The notes: generated by a model from the sequence alone, not told the origin. Positions 19,445 to 28,461 are shown, numbered from the stretch's first letter. The stretch is DNA of 37,408 nt from a bacterium (GCA_044869275.1 JBIOXB010000006.1:1-37408); one strand, 5' to 3'. Numbers and translations: made by a program.

Positions 19445-21391
19445 TCAAGCAGTAGGAGCAGGTGGAGTGGTAGGGGTAGAGAGGAGCAACTCTCGGGTCA
19501 ACTCGGATTTCACATGTCCATTCTTTTCGCCGGGCCCGGCGGCCGTGGCCGCCGCAGGCGAGGGTTGCCCAAAGTGCGCTGCGTGCGGATCACGATCTGG
19601 CGCGCGTGTGCTTTGGCATTCGAGCTCTCCGTTTTCCAGCAACAGGATTTTGTCCGCGCGGTTGGCGGTGGAAAACTTGTGAGCCACAATGAACGTTGTC
19701 TTGCCCTGGGCGAGATGATGCAGTGCGGCGTTGATTTGAGCTTCGGCTTGTGCATCCAAACCGGTGGCCGGTTCATCCAGGATGACGATGGGCGTGTTGC
19801 GAATGATGGCGCGGGCGATATTGAGGCGCTGCTTTTGGCCACCGGAGAGATTATCGCCGCCCTCGAGAATCATGGTTTCGTAACCTTCCGGCAGTTGCAT
19901 GATGAAATCATGCGCCTGCGCCCGTTTGGCGGCGGTGATGATTTCTTCCGCGCTTGCGCCGAATTTGCCGAAAGCGATGTTCTCGCGTATGGTTTGGCGA
20001 AACAGCTTCGCCTCCTGCAGCAGAACGGTGATTTGATCCCGCAACGATTTCAGCGTGAAAGCGCGAATGTCACTGCCATCGATCAGGATTTGCCCTTCCT
20101 GGGGGTCGTAAAAGCGCAGCAGCAAGCTGACCAGCGTTGATTTGCCCGCGCCACTTGGCCCCATCAGCGCCACCGTTTCGCCGGGGTCGACGACAAAGCT
20201 CAGATTGCTCAGAACTTCTTTGCCTTGGCTATAAGCAAAGCCCACATGCTTGAACTCGATTCTGCCTTTGAAACGCGGTGCGGGACGCGCCGCGGGCCGA
20301 TCTTGGACCACCATCTCATTCTCCACCAACTCGACCAAACGTTCGCCCGAGACCCGCGCCTTGGCCAAATTAATGAAGACCGCGTTGAATTTCTCCGCGG
20401 CGCCATAGATGTCCCGCAGATAAGCGACAAAGATCACCAGCGTTCCCGGCAAGATCTCGTCCTGCAAGGCAAAGAGCCCACCAAAGTAGAGAATACCGGC
20501 GGTGCTCAGGGTAATCAGCAAATCGGTCAGGCGACTATAGGTTTTTTGCAATCGCAGGGCGCGAAGCTGAGCGCCGAGGCTTTCCTGGTTTTCGAGCTGA
20601 AACCGGGCGTGCTCCGATTCCTGGCGCCCATATGCTTGCACCAACGCCATCAATGTGACGTTTTCCGCCAGGAGGGAAGCGACTTCGCCTTCTTGTTCGC
20701 GCTTGGTGGCCATGGCATCTTTTAAGCCGAGACCGAATCGCCGGGTGAAAAGATAGAACAGGGGCACGATGCTAACGGCAATCAATCCCAGGCGCCAATC
20801 CAAGGCAAGCATCAAAGCGGTGTAGGCGCTGAACAAACCCAGACGATAAAGTAAATCCTGCGGAGAATCGATGAGAATGTCTTTCATGTTCTCCACGTCC
20901 GAGGTGAGCGAATACACGAGATCGCCGGAGCGCGCAGAATCATGAAAGGACAAAGAGGCTCTCTGCAAATGCGCGAACACACGCTCGCGAATGTCGGCAT
21001 TGATCCGAGCGCCGGTGCTTGAAACCAAAAACTTGTTCAGGTACGAAAAGAACGATTCCAGAAATGCCAGCAGAACTATCGCCGAGGACAGCAGCAGCAA
21101 AAGCAGCCCCGGCTTGCCGTCGAGCCATGGTTGCAGAAAGGCCAAGCCCGCAGGCAGGGGCTGCCGTAAGATGACGCAATCCAAAACCAGCTTGAGCGGC
21201 CAGGGCGTGAGCACGGCAACGCCGATCGTCACCAACAAGCACAAGCCCCCCACCGCCAGAATCGGGCCATATTTTTTGTAGTGACGCCCGAAGACTCTAT
21301 AAATCTTAACGAGCGACTGGCGCTTGAGATTCTCACCGGCGCGCTTGTTTTTGCTCTCGCGCAATGGCGAGGTATCACTTAAAAAATTCAT
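19445..21391 (-). CDS. ABC exporter, fused TMD-NBD (MsbA-like), paralog of the adjacent gene
   Basis: Real start probably MNFLSD at 21391, since the ORF-track extension overlaps the kinase gene. Motifs GPSGAGKST, LSGGQKQR, ILDEP and VAHK. Confidence 0.93.
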   Translation of the reverse strand: MNFLSDTSPLRESKNKRAGENLKRQSLVKIYRVFGRHYKKYGPILAVGGLCLLVTIGVAVLTPWPLKLVLDCVILRQPLPAGLAFLQPWLDGKPGLLLLLLSSAIVLLAFLESFFSYLNKFLVSSTGARINADIRERVFAHLQRASLSFHDSARSGDLVYSLTSDVENMKDILIDSPQDLLYRLGLFSAYTALMLALDWRLGLIAVSIVPLFYLFTRRFGLGLKDAMATKREQEGEVASLLAENVTLMALVQAYGRQESEHARFQLENQESLGAQLRALRLQKTYSRLTDLLITLSTAGILYFGGLFALQDEILPGTLVIFVAYLRDIYGAAEKFNAVFINLAKARVSGERLVELVENEMVVQDRPAARPAPRFKGRIEFKHVGFAYSQGKEVLSNLSFVVDPGETVALMGPSGAGKSTLVSLLLRFYDPQEGQILIDGSDIRAFTLKSLRDQITVLLQEAKLFRQTIRENIAFGKFGASAEEIITAAKRAQAHDFIMQLPEGYETMILEGGDNLSGGQKQRLNIARAIIRNTPIVILDEPATGLDAQAEAQINAALHHLAQGKTTFIVAHKFSTANRADKILLLENGELECQSTRAPDRDPHAAHFGQPSPAAATAAGPGEKNGHVKSELTRELLLSTPTTPPAPTA

Positions 21392-22430
21392 TTCGATCAG
21401 ACTCCAAGAGCAAAGCATAACCGGTCTTGAGCAGCGACCGCGCTTGTTCGCGCCAGCCAGCGACCGCTTTCCGGCGAAAACATATCGTGGCGCGGCGCAA
21501 ATAGGCAAACACCTGGTAAGTGCGAAGCCCCGCGAGCTTCGCGTCGCGGCGAGACTGGCTCGCCAGATAGCTCTCCAGGAAAATACGCGCCAAGGCGGCG
21601 CCTTTGGCGCCGAAATGTACTTGCAGCGCGACCAAGAAATTGCCGAGATCCAGCGCGGGATGGGAAAGACACACACCATCGAAATCGATAAAAAATGCCC
21701 GTTGCGCGGAGATAAAAATCTGGTCAAGCCCGAGGTCGCCGTGCACCGGGCAAAGCACGGAGCGCTGCAAGCTTTCGTCTTCGCACAATCCCATGAGCAT
21801 ATCTTCAATGAGCGGCGCTAATTCCGGGCAGGCGGCTGCCAAAACCAGAGGATCAGGATGGCAATACTTGGCAATATGATCCTCCATGGTTCGCCTTTCG
21901 AGAGAGGGAACGGCCAAGCCGTGCAAGGTGGCCAAGTTATCCGCCACGGCGCGCAACGCCAATGCGAGATGATCCAGTTCTGCAAAGCTGGAAAGCTGCC
22001 GGCCGGGAACAACGCTCTGGAGCACCATGCCCAACTCCGGCAGATAAGCGAGCGGTTCGGGCATGCCGAAGCCCATGCCGTTGTTGCTCTGATGATGCGT
22101 TGCCGCCCACAGGTTGAGCAAATGCTCATAGATTTTTTCTCCACGGTTCTTGCGATACAATTTTCCGATCACACGCCGTGCATTCAAATGATTCTCATCC
22201 GGCTCCAGCCAATATTCGATGACGCAGCGTTTGCCGTGCGCATGTTTCAAGACATGCAGCCGGACATCGGAGATGCTCGGGTGGCCGCGCTCGAAGTCGC
22301 GGCGTAACACGGTGGAGAGCGTGACGCGCATGTCTTGGCTGTTTATCGCCTGCTGCAGGCCGGGGAGTTTGCTGTCGTACATAAAAATCGCCATAGTGTG
22401 AGTGGAGTGATGAAGACTTGAACTGGTCAA
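21375..22430 (-). CDS. APH/choline-kinase-like phosphotransferase
   Basis: VIGKLY, PEPLAY, PVHGDLGLDQ, FIDFD and HPALDLGNF. Start is TTG 22430 (TTGA overlap) or ATG 22394. Confidence 0.87.
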   Translation of the reverse strand: MTSSSLHHSTHTMAIFMYDSKLPGLQQAINSQDMRVTLSTVLRRDFERGHPSISDVRLHVLKHAHGKRCVIEYWLEPDENHLNARRVIGKLYRKNRGEKIYEHLLNLWAATHHQSNNGMGFGMPEPLAYLPELGMVLQSVVPGRQLSSFAELDHLALALRAVADNLATLHGLAVPSLERRTMEDHIAKYCHPDPLVLAAACPELAPLIEDMLMGLCEDESLQRSVLCPVHGDLGLDQIFISAQRAFFIDFDGVCLSHPALDLGNFLVALQVHFGAKGAALARIFLESYLASQSRRDAKLAGLRTYQVFAYLRRATICFRRKAVAGWREQARSLLKTGYALLLESDRNEFFK

Positions 22431-22900
22431 ATTCCCTCAATCACGGTCTTGCGATTTGCCACAATGGTGAAACCGATGATGCTCAGCGTTTTGTTTTCCA
22501 CGTCGAGGTGGTCGATGGCGCCTTCCAGTTTGTCGATGTTGAAACCCATAATAACTTCTTTCACTTCGATTCGTTCCGGCACAAAGCCTTCCAGCATGGA
22601 GAACCTTCCCTTGAGCTTGATCAGGCTCAAGGGTTTGAGATCGGCGATGCCGATGACATGATCGGCCGCATCGGTGATGACCACCTCGCCGGGCAAGGCG
22701 ATGGCGCGATCAAGAACGTGCAGGGTATGCTGACGCAAGTCGACATTCTGCAGCAGGCCCACGATGGCAGCTTGGTCCTTGCTGGCTCTGATGTCGATCT
22801 CCAACGCAGCAAAAATCCCTTGGTGGTCCAGCCGGCCTTTCACCTTTACCCGTTGTCCCGGTTTGAGGTTACGGAATCCGATGATTTCTTCCATTGGCAT
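22427..22900 (-). CDS. DUF5666-like protein without signal peptide
   Basis: ATG at 22900 with GGAG RBS. LKPGQRVKVKG / LKPLSLIKLKG / LEGAIDHLD..LSIIGFTI motifs are homologous to the protein at 1650-2240. Confidence 0.68.
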   Translation of the reverse strand: MPMEEIIGFRNLKPGQRVKVKGRLDHQGIFAALEIDIRASKDQAAIVGLLQNVDLRQHTLHVLDRAIALPGEVVITDAADHVIGIADLKPLSLIKLKGRFSMLEGFVPERIEVKEVIMGFNIDKLEGAIDHLDVENKTLSIIGFTIVANRKTVIEGI

Positions 22901-23963
22901 GATCTCCGCTTGTATGCGCCGTGGGCAACCAGCACTTCTTCGCCATTTCTTGAATGGATTCAACCCCTTGTTCGACCATGCGCTGCACCTTTCTTTGCCA
23001 TCCCTCTTCTTGCAAACGCAGACATTTGCAGGCGCGGCGCAGATGCGTGAGGCCCTCATAGAGCGGAATCCGCGCAGCTATGCTTGACTCCATCCGGGAG
23101 AAATACTCGTCAAGAAATGCGTTGATGAATTGTTGGATCTCAGGATTCTTTTGGACCTTGCTTTTCATAAACACCAAAAAATTGCCAAGATCGGAAGCCG
23201 GGTCGCCGTAACCCAGCGCGTCAAAATCGAGAAGCCAAGACCGTCGATTCAGAAGATGAACCTGGCCCAGGTGAAAATCGCCGTGTAGCAGAGCCGGCTC
23301 GAACTCACCGCACGAGCTCTCCAGTTGATGGGCCCCGTCGACGATGAATTCAATTGCCGGAGCCAGGCTCGGGCAAGCCAACGCGAGAAAATCATGCTTG
23401 GGATGGCAGCGCAAAAGATGTTCTCGGACTCTCACCCGGCACAACTGGATTGAAAAAATCGGGCAGCGATGCAGCTTCACCAGAGTGCGAGCGAGCTGGC
23501 GGAAGTGTTCTGGTTGCGCCACCGACTGTTTCAGAAGCTCCTTCAGAGGCTGCCCCGGCACTTCTTCCTGCGCCAGCAGGCTGACCTCCGGCATAAAGTC
23601 GAGTGGCTCCGGCATGCTGATGTCGTCCGCGGCATTCCGTGAGAAGCCGTTCTTCCAGAGCATCCGCATGTTGTTGAACAGTTTCTCGCCGACCTCCACC
23701 CGCACGACTTTTCCGATGACACGCCATGCCACCTTCTTCCCACCGTAGGCCCCAACCACATGAAGGTGATAGCGCAGAACGCAACGGTGGTTGCGGCGCC
23801 GGAGCACTTCGAGATTAATGTTCGCAACATGCGCCCCTCTTCCAAAGCGCGCTCTGATCAGCGGCGTGAAAACGGATGCCATGTATTCGGTATCCAAAGC
23901 GGCGTCAAGCGGATATGACTCATCCTGAATTTCAGGTCGGGCAAAGACTGTTGCAGCAGACAT
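22869..23963 (-). CDS. APH/choline-kinase-like phosphotransferase
   Basis: VIGKV, MPEPLDF, LLHGDFHLGQ, LLDFD and GDPASDLGNF. Confidence 0.88.
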   Translation of the reverse strand: MSAATVFARPEIQDESYPLDAALDTEYMASVFTPLIRARFGRGAHVANINLEVLRRRNHRCVLRYHLHVVGAYGGKKVAWRVIGKVVRVEVGEKLFNNMRMLWKNGFSRNAADDISMPEPLDFMPEVSLLAQEEVPGQPLKELLKQSVAQPEHFRQLARTLVKLHRCPIFSIQLCRVRVREHLLRCHPKHDFLALACPSLAPAIEFIVDGAHQLESSCGEFEPALLHGDFHLGQVHLLNRRSWLLDFDALGYGDPASDLGNFLVFMKSKVQKNPEIQQFINAFLDEYFSRMESSIAARIPLYEGLTHLRRACKCLRLQEEGWQRKVQRMVEQGVESIQEMAKKCWLPTAHTSGDHANGRNHRIP

Positions 23964-23993
23964 GATTTGTTTTCTCCTGAGGATTTGACGTGC

Positions 23994-25382
23994 TCACCAC
24001 TTGGCTTTGTCCAGAGCAAACCGGTGAGGTTTCGGTGTAGACAACCAAGCCTCAGCTCGTGCCATTCGTTCGTCGTCGCGCACAGCGTGATGGCCGGTGA
24101 GGGCTTGGCACAACGCCGCGTCAATCTCCGCGATGTTGCGGCGCGCGTTAAAATCTTGCAATACCTTTTTTCTTCCAGCACGGCCGAGACGGCGTGCAAG
24201 CCTGGGCGAGCTCAGGATTTTGGCCATCGCCTCGCACAATGCCGCAGCATCCTTCTCCGCGACGAGCATGCCGTTGAGACCATGCTGGATGCATTCCGGA
24301 ATGCCGGAAATTCGCGTCGACACCACGGGAATGGTCATGGCCATGGCCTCGACGATCACATTGGGAACGCCGTCCCGGTCCCCGTCGCGATCGACTTCGC
24401 AGGCCAGCGCGAACAAATCGGCCGAGCGATAATACGGGAGCAGGTCGCGTTGCGACAGGCACGGAATCAGGGTGACACAATCACCGAGATGCGCTGCGGC
24501 AATTTCCTTGCGCAGGGTGCTCGCCATCGGCCCATCTCCGATAATCGTGCAGTGAAAGTCAAACCCTCGCATGCGCAAGCGGTAGAGTGCCTGCAGCAAA
24601 ACCGGAAAACCCTTCTTGGGCACGAGCCGGCCGATGGAGAGAATTTGTGGCACCAAGTTGGTGCTCCGTCTGAGCGGTGGAGAAAACAGCTTCAAATCCA
24701 CGCCGTGATAGCATCGCCTGATACCCGTCGCGCCGCTGGCCTGATCACGCAGCGCTTGGAGATAATTCGTATTGTATTCCGTGCAGGTGACGACAAAGCG
24801 CGCGCGCGCGATCTTTTCCTGCAGAAAGGCCTGATCTTGCACATAGATGTCTTTGGCGTGCGCGCTGAAACTATAGCTGATGCCGGTCAACCACGAGGCA
24901 AAAAAAGCCACGGTCGTGGGATCATTGCTGAAGTGTGCGTGAAAATGCCTGACTTCGTTGCCGGCGAGGCTCTTGCCCACCAAGTAAGCAGCCTGCGCAA
25001 AGCGTTTGAGAGGAGCGGAGTTTTTTTGCCGCACACTCTCGTGCATGGCAAACTGCAATGCCTGCCAGTACGCGGGTGAGCAGCGCCGCCACGCGCGAAA
25101 GTTGGCCAGGATGAAAGCAAAGAAGGATCTCCAGAAGTCGTCCGGTATATAGCTCACCCGCGCCCGAACGCTGTGCACGGTTGCTTGAACCTGGGCCTCG
25201 CTGGGATCGCGCAAGGCAAAGATCTGCAGCTTATAACCGCATTCCTCCAGGAGCAGGATTTCATTCACAATGAAAGCTTCCGAAAGACGGGGGTAGCCCT
25301 TCAAAATGATCCCCAAGAGGTGGTTTTGCTTTTGCGCCTTCAGCAACCCCTTCGCGAGGCGATTCTTTTCATATGGTCTCAT
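23994..25382 (-). CDS. Glycosyltransferase family 4 (WcaL-like)
   Basis: LKGYPRLSEAFIVNEI, HFHAHF, SAHAKDIY, GRLVPKKG and DGVPNVIVEAMA. ATGA overlap with the upstream gene. Confidence 0.93.
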   Translation of the reverse strand: MRPYEKNRLAKGLLKAQKQNHLLGIILKGYPRLSEAFIVNEILLLEECGYKLQIFALRDPSEAQVQATVHSVRARVSYIPDDFWRSFFAFILANFRAWRRCSPAYWQALQFAMHESVRQKNSAPLKRFAQAAYLVGKSLAGNEVRHFHAHFSNDPTTVAFFASWLTGISYSFSAHAKDIYVQDQAFLQEKIARARFVVTCTEYNTNYLQALRDQASGATGIRRCYHGVDLKLFSPPLRRSTNLVPQILSIGRLVPKKGFPVLLQALYRLRMRGFDFHCTIIGDGPMASTLRKEIAAAHLGDCVTLIPCLSQRDLLPYYRSADLFALACEVDRDGDRDGVPNVIVEAMAMTIPVVSTRISGIPECIQHGLNGMLVAEKDAAALCEAMAKILSSPRLARRLGRAGRKKVLQDFNARRNIAEIDAALCQALTGHHAVRDDERMARAEAWLSTPKPHRFALDKAKW

Positions 25383-26563
25383 GAGGAATGCCGTCCATTT
25401 GACAAAATGAAGTTCGCCATGGCGGAAGCGCCGTTCAGACTGGGTAACATGGCGTGGTTTATGCCATTCGTTCCCTGCAGCTTCTGCGCCATCAACTCTG
25501 CCAGCTTCGCCGCGGTTAATTCGTGGGGATGGAGGTAGCTGAATAAACCGCGCGCGGACATCAGGCGGCAGCGCATCGTTTGTTCAGCGCTCGGGCCGGG
25601 CCGGGGAATAACGATGGCATTTTTGTGGAAACGTAAAATCTCGCTAATGGTGTTGTATCCGGCCATTGAAACCACCAAGTCGGCGCGCTGCAAGAGATGA
25701 ATGCTGTCCTGCTCCCGCTGCGCCACCGTGATCGGCAGCCCGCGCGCTCGGAAGCGCAACTGCGCGCATTGGTCCTGCGGCATGAACGGGCCAGTGGTGA
25801 TGATCGCACGCAGCACCTGGTGGGACCTCAGCAGGTGGAAGGCGTCGATAAACTGATTCATAAAGAAAGCCGCGTCAGCGCCCCCGCCGCCGGCCACCAG
25901 GATGAGCTTTTCATGGGCATTCCCGAAACCGTTCCCGAGGGTTTGAGGCGCGCGAACGGCTTGCGCACTCTCGCGGCAAACGTATCCCAAATGATGGGTT
26001 TTCGACACCAACGACGCCGGGAATCTATACTCGGTGGCGGCGTCAAAAACCTCCGGGCTCCCATAGACGCATATGGCATGGTAAAAGGCTGTTGCGGCGT
26101 CAAAGGCGCCCTCTTGTTGCCATTGCCGGTGAATCACCTCCTGCGCACCGAGAATGTCGCGAATGCCCAGGATTGTCTTGGTATGGCGGCTGTATCTTTG
26201 CAACAGTTCCAACGGTCTTTTCAACTCACCCAGCGCGCCATGCGGCATGTGGTCCACCAAAAAGACCTGGGGTTGCAGGCTGATGATCACGTTCTGGATC
26301 ACCTCGGAACGGATGGCAAGCACTTCGGCCTGGCTCATCGCCAAATGGTCCGGCCGCCAAACACCCGTATCCACTTTGACAATCGTCGGCAGCTTGACGA
26401 ATTCGCAGCGTGGCGGCAGCTTGAAAAAGGGCGCGACCGGAGAATCAGCGAGGAGTAAGAAGGACGCCTGCGGACAGCGCTTTTTGATTTGCAGACAAAT
26501 ATTCAAATTGCGCCGCAAGTGTCCGAGGCCAAACCCATCCTGGGAGTAAATTAAGATATTCAT
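25379..26563 (-). CDS. COG4671-type predicted glycosyltransferase (GT28-C-like)
   Basis: YSQDGFGLGHLRR, VDHMPHG, GIRDIL, GGGADA, TGPFM, SMAGYNT and PRPGPSAEQ. TAATG overlap with the upstream gene. Confidence 0.9.
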   Translation of the reverse strand: MNILIYSQDGFGLGHLRRNLNICLQIKKRCPQASFLLLADSPVAPFFKLPPRCEFVKLPTIVKVDTGVWRPDHLAMSQAEVLAIRSEVIQNVIISLQPQVFLVDHMPHGALGELKRPLELLQRYSRHTKTILGIRDILGAQEVIHRQWQQEGAFDAATAFYHAICVYGSPEVFDAATEYRFPASLVSKTHHLGYVCRESAQAVRAPQTLGNGFGNAHEKLILVAGGGGADAAFFMNQFIDAFHLLRSHQVLRAIITTGPFMPQDQCAQLRFRARGLPITVAQREQDSIHLLQRADLVVSMAGYNTISEILRFHKNAIVIPRPGPSAEQTMRCRLMSARGLFSYLHPHELTAAKLAELMAQKLQGTNGINHAMLPSLNGASAMANFILSNGRHSS

Positions 26564-27786
26564 TATGCCGCCCTAGCCGGGATCAACGTTTCTTCCGCCT
26601 GCCGGTATCCTGTAATGAATTGGACGCGCTCTGCCGTTTTCGCCAAGCCGTCCAGTATCATGCTCCCGAGGAGGGAGTGTTTCATCGCACGCGCCTTGCA
26701 AAAGAGCATTTTCAGGATGCGTCTGCGCATGGCCGCAGGATGGCCGTCATCCGGCACCATGGTCACCAAGCCACGCGCTTGAAAAAGCTTGGCTCGGAAA
26801 GAATGTTCAGACCGCTGGTTGGCGTTGGGCATGACCATGGCCATTTTGCAGTGCGGGAGAATCTCGCACATCATCTCGTATCTGGCTTCGCAAATAATCA
26901 AATCGGCGTGCTTGGCGTAGTCCAACAAATGCTCACCATCGCGCTGAAAGAACACGTTGCCCAAGCGTTGCGCGCGCCATGCCAGCTCACGTTTTTGATG
27001 CGCTCCCAAACCGGGGCCGGCGAGGATAAAACTGCGCACCGGCAGAGCGCCCCCGTCTCGTTCGAGAGATTGCAGATAAGTATCAATTATACCAAAACTC
27101 TCGGCGCCGCCTTCCAAAGCGAGCAAGATCGTCGGCCGTCTCCGCTGCGTTGGCTTCACTTTTTCGCCCAGGCGGCGCGGCGCCGTCCGGCGCGTGAGAT
27201 AGCCGGTATAAACCAACTTCCTGGCCACGCGTTCCGGCAGTTTATAGGCTTGCGCCAAGTCAAAAATCTCGCGTGCACCGAAGACCAGTATCTCGTCGGC
27301 ATAACGATCGAACAGCCGGAGCGCGCCGCTGCGGGCCCATTGCGCAATCACAAACTCCGGCTCACCCAGCGTATCGGAAAGCCCCCACACGATTTTGGTG
27401 CTCGATAATTCGTTGCTGATATAGGCGGCAAGCTTTTCAATCTCCTGTACCTGGCGAGACTCGAGCATATCATCATCAAATATGACCAAATCCGGTCGAA
27501 AGGTTCTGAACGCGCCTTGGAAAATCTTGCCTCGTATTCTCCGTAAATCGGCAGGCGCAGTATCCAATCCGTTGCTCGTGTTATGCTCTGGCTTGAAGGC
27601 GGGCAAGTGAATGTAGTCGACCTTCGCCGGGATTTTGCTCCGGTTGAGACTCGAAAGGTCGGTGAGTATAAGAATGGAGCAATCTTCCAGAGACTGGGAA
27701 AGCGAGTGGACCATGTTGAGCATGCGCGAGGTGCGCCTCTCTCTCTGGTCCTGACTATGATAAATGATGATGCGGAGCGCTGACAT
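26563..27786 (-). CDS. Degenerate COG4671-type glycosyltransferase paralog (probable pseudo-enzyme)
   Basis: ATG at 27786 with AAAGGAAG RBS. Colinear with the neighbour, but SQDQRERRTSR replaces SQDGFGLGHLRR, EGGAES replaces GGGADA and CEARYEM replaces SMAGYNT. Confidence 0.78.
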   Translation of the reverse strand: MSALRIIIYHSQDQRERRTSRMLNMVHSLSQSLEDCSILILTDLSSLNRSKIPAKVDYIHLPAFKPEHNTSNGLDTAPADLRRIRGKIFQGAFRTFRPDLVIFDDDMLESRQVQEIEKLAAYISNELSSTKIVWGLSDTLGEPEFVIAQWARSGALRLFDRYADEILVFGAREIFDLAQAYKLPERVARKLVYTGYLTRRTAPRRLGEKVKPTQRRRPTILLALEGGAESFGIIDTYLQSLERDGGALPVRSFILAGPGLGAHQKRELAWRAQRLGNVFFQRDGEHLLDYAKHADLIICEARYEMMCEILPHCKMAMVMPNANQRSEHSFRAKLFQARGLVTMVPDDGHPAAMRRRILKMLFCKARAMKHSLLGSMILDGLAKTAERVQFITGYRQAEETLIPARAA

Positions 27787-27957
27787 GATACTTCCTTTGA
27801 CAGTTTTCGGTTTCCGTTGCCATTTCGCGCGCGCTTCGGAATGAGGGAGTGTAGTAGTAATGTAGCCCGCGGCCACCATTCGTAATAACGTCCATGAGCC
27901 CTGGCATTCTCAATCAGGGGAAATCCCTTCTTTTTGGCGGCATTTGGTTTCCTAAGC

Positions 27958-27976
27958 TGTAAGGTCGTGTCCTATA
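27958..27976. promoter_or_regulatory. Palindromic operator-like site TGTAAG-N7-CCTATA upstream of the glycosyltransferase operon
   Basis: Half-sites differ at two positions from the perfect TGTAGG-N7-CCTACA at 28595-28613. Both regions also share ATTCTCAATCAG. Confidence 0.5.
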
Positions 27977-28020
27977 CAATTGTAATCTGACGTCTCATTC
28001 TGCCCGTCAGATCGGGTGAT

Positions 28021-28461
28021 TTACCGCCGTGGTGTACTCTCCGCCGGGGTCGTGCTTGATGCCAGGCTCTCGGACAATGCAGAAGGGACATATTTTTTTC
28101 CACACGCCACTTGTCTTATTGCCGGGATCAATTCTTCCGAGACTCTGACTTTGGCCAAATAGCCGGAAGCGCCTTCCCTCAAAGCCCTGCGAATATATTG
28201 CTCCTCGCTGTAATTGCTCAAGATCAGAACGTGCAGGCCGGGTTTGTCGTGATGCAATTGATGCAAGATTTCCATTCCACCGTGGCCGGGCATGGAAATA
28301 TCTAACAGCACCACGTCGTAGTGATTGTGGGCAACCTCTTTCAGCACTTCCTGTTTGTTGCTGGCTTCTCCTGCAACCACAATATCGCACGCTTCTTCGA
28401 GAGCCTGGTGGAGCCTGCGACGAATTATCGGATGATCGTCGGCTATAAGCACTCTTATCAT
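28021..28461 (-). CDS. NarL/FixJ-type receiver domain protein lacking the LuxR HTH (truncated or stand-alone)
   Basis: MIRVLIADDH, LLDISMPG, GASGYLAK and AIRQVACGKKYV. Stops at 146 aa, where the HTH would begin. Confidence 0.85.
   Translation of the reverse strand: MIRVLIADDHPIIRRRLHQALEEACDIVVAGEASNKQEVLKEVAHNHYDVVLLDISMPGHGGMEILHQLHHDKPGLHVLILSNYSEEQYIRRALREGASGYLAKVRVSEELIPAIRQVACGKKYVPSALSESLASSTTPAESTPRR

Noticed and set aside
21392..21808. 139-aa N-terminal extension of the ABC transporter in the ORF track
   Set aside because: It overlaps the APH-like gene in another frame, and homology to the paralog begins near MNFLSD at 21391.
14670..23963. APH-like genes as aminoglycoside resistance determinants
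   Set aside because: Only the fold-level motifs match. The biosynthetic context, extra N-lobes and loss of the catalytic Asp in two copies argue against resistance enzymes.
23967..25079. 370-aa plus-strand ORF (likewise 15006-16070 and 13749-14582)
   Set aside because: Antisense to well-supported GT4, APH-like and phytase genes.
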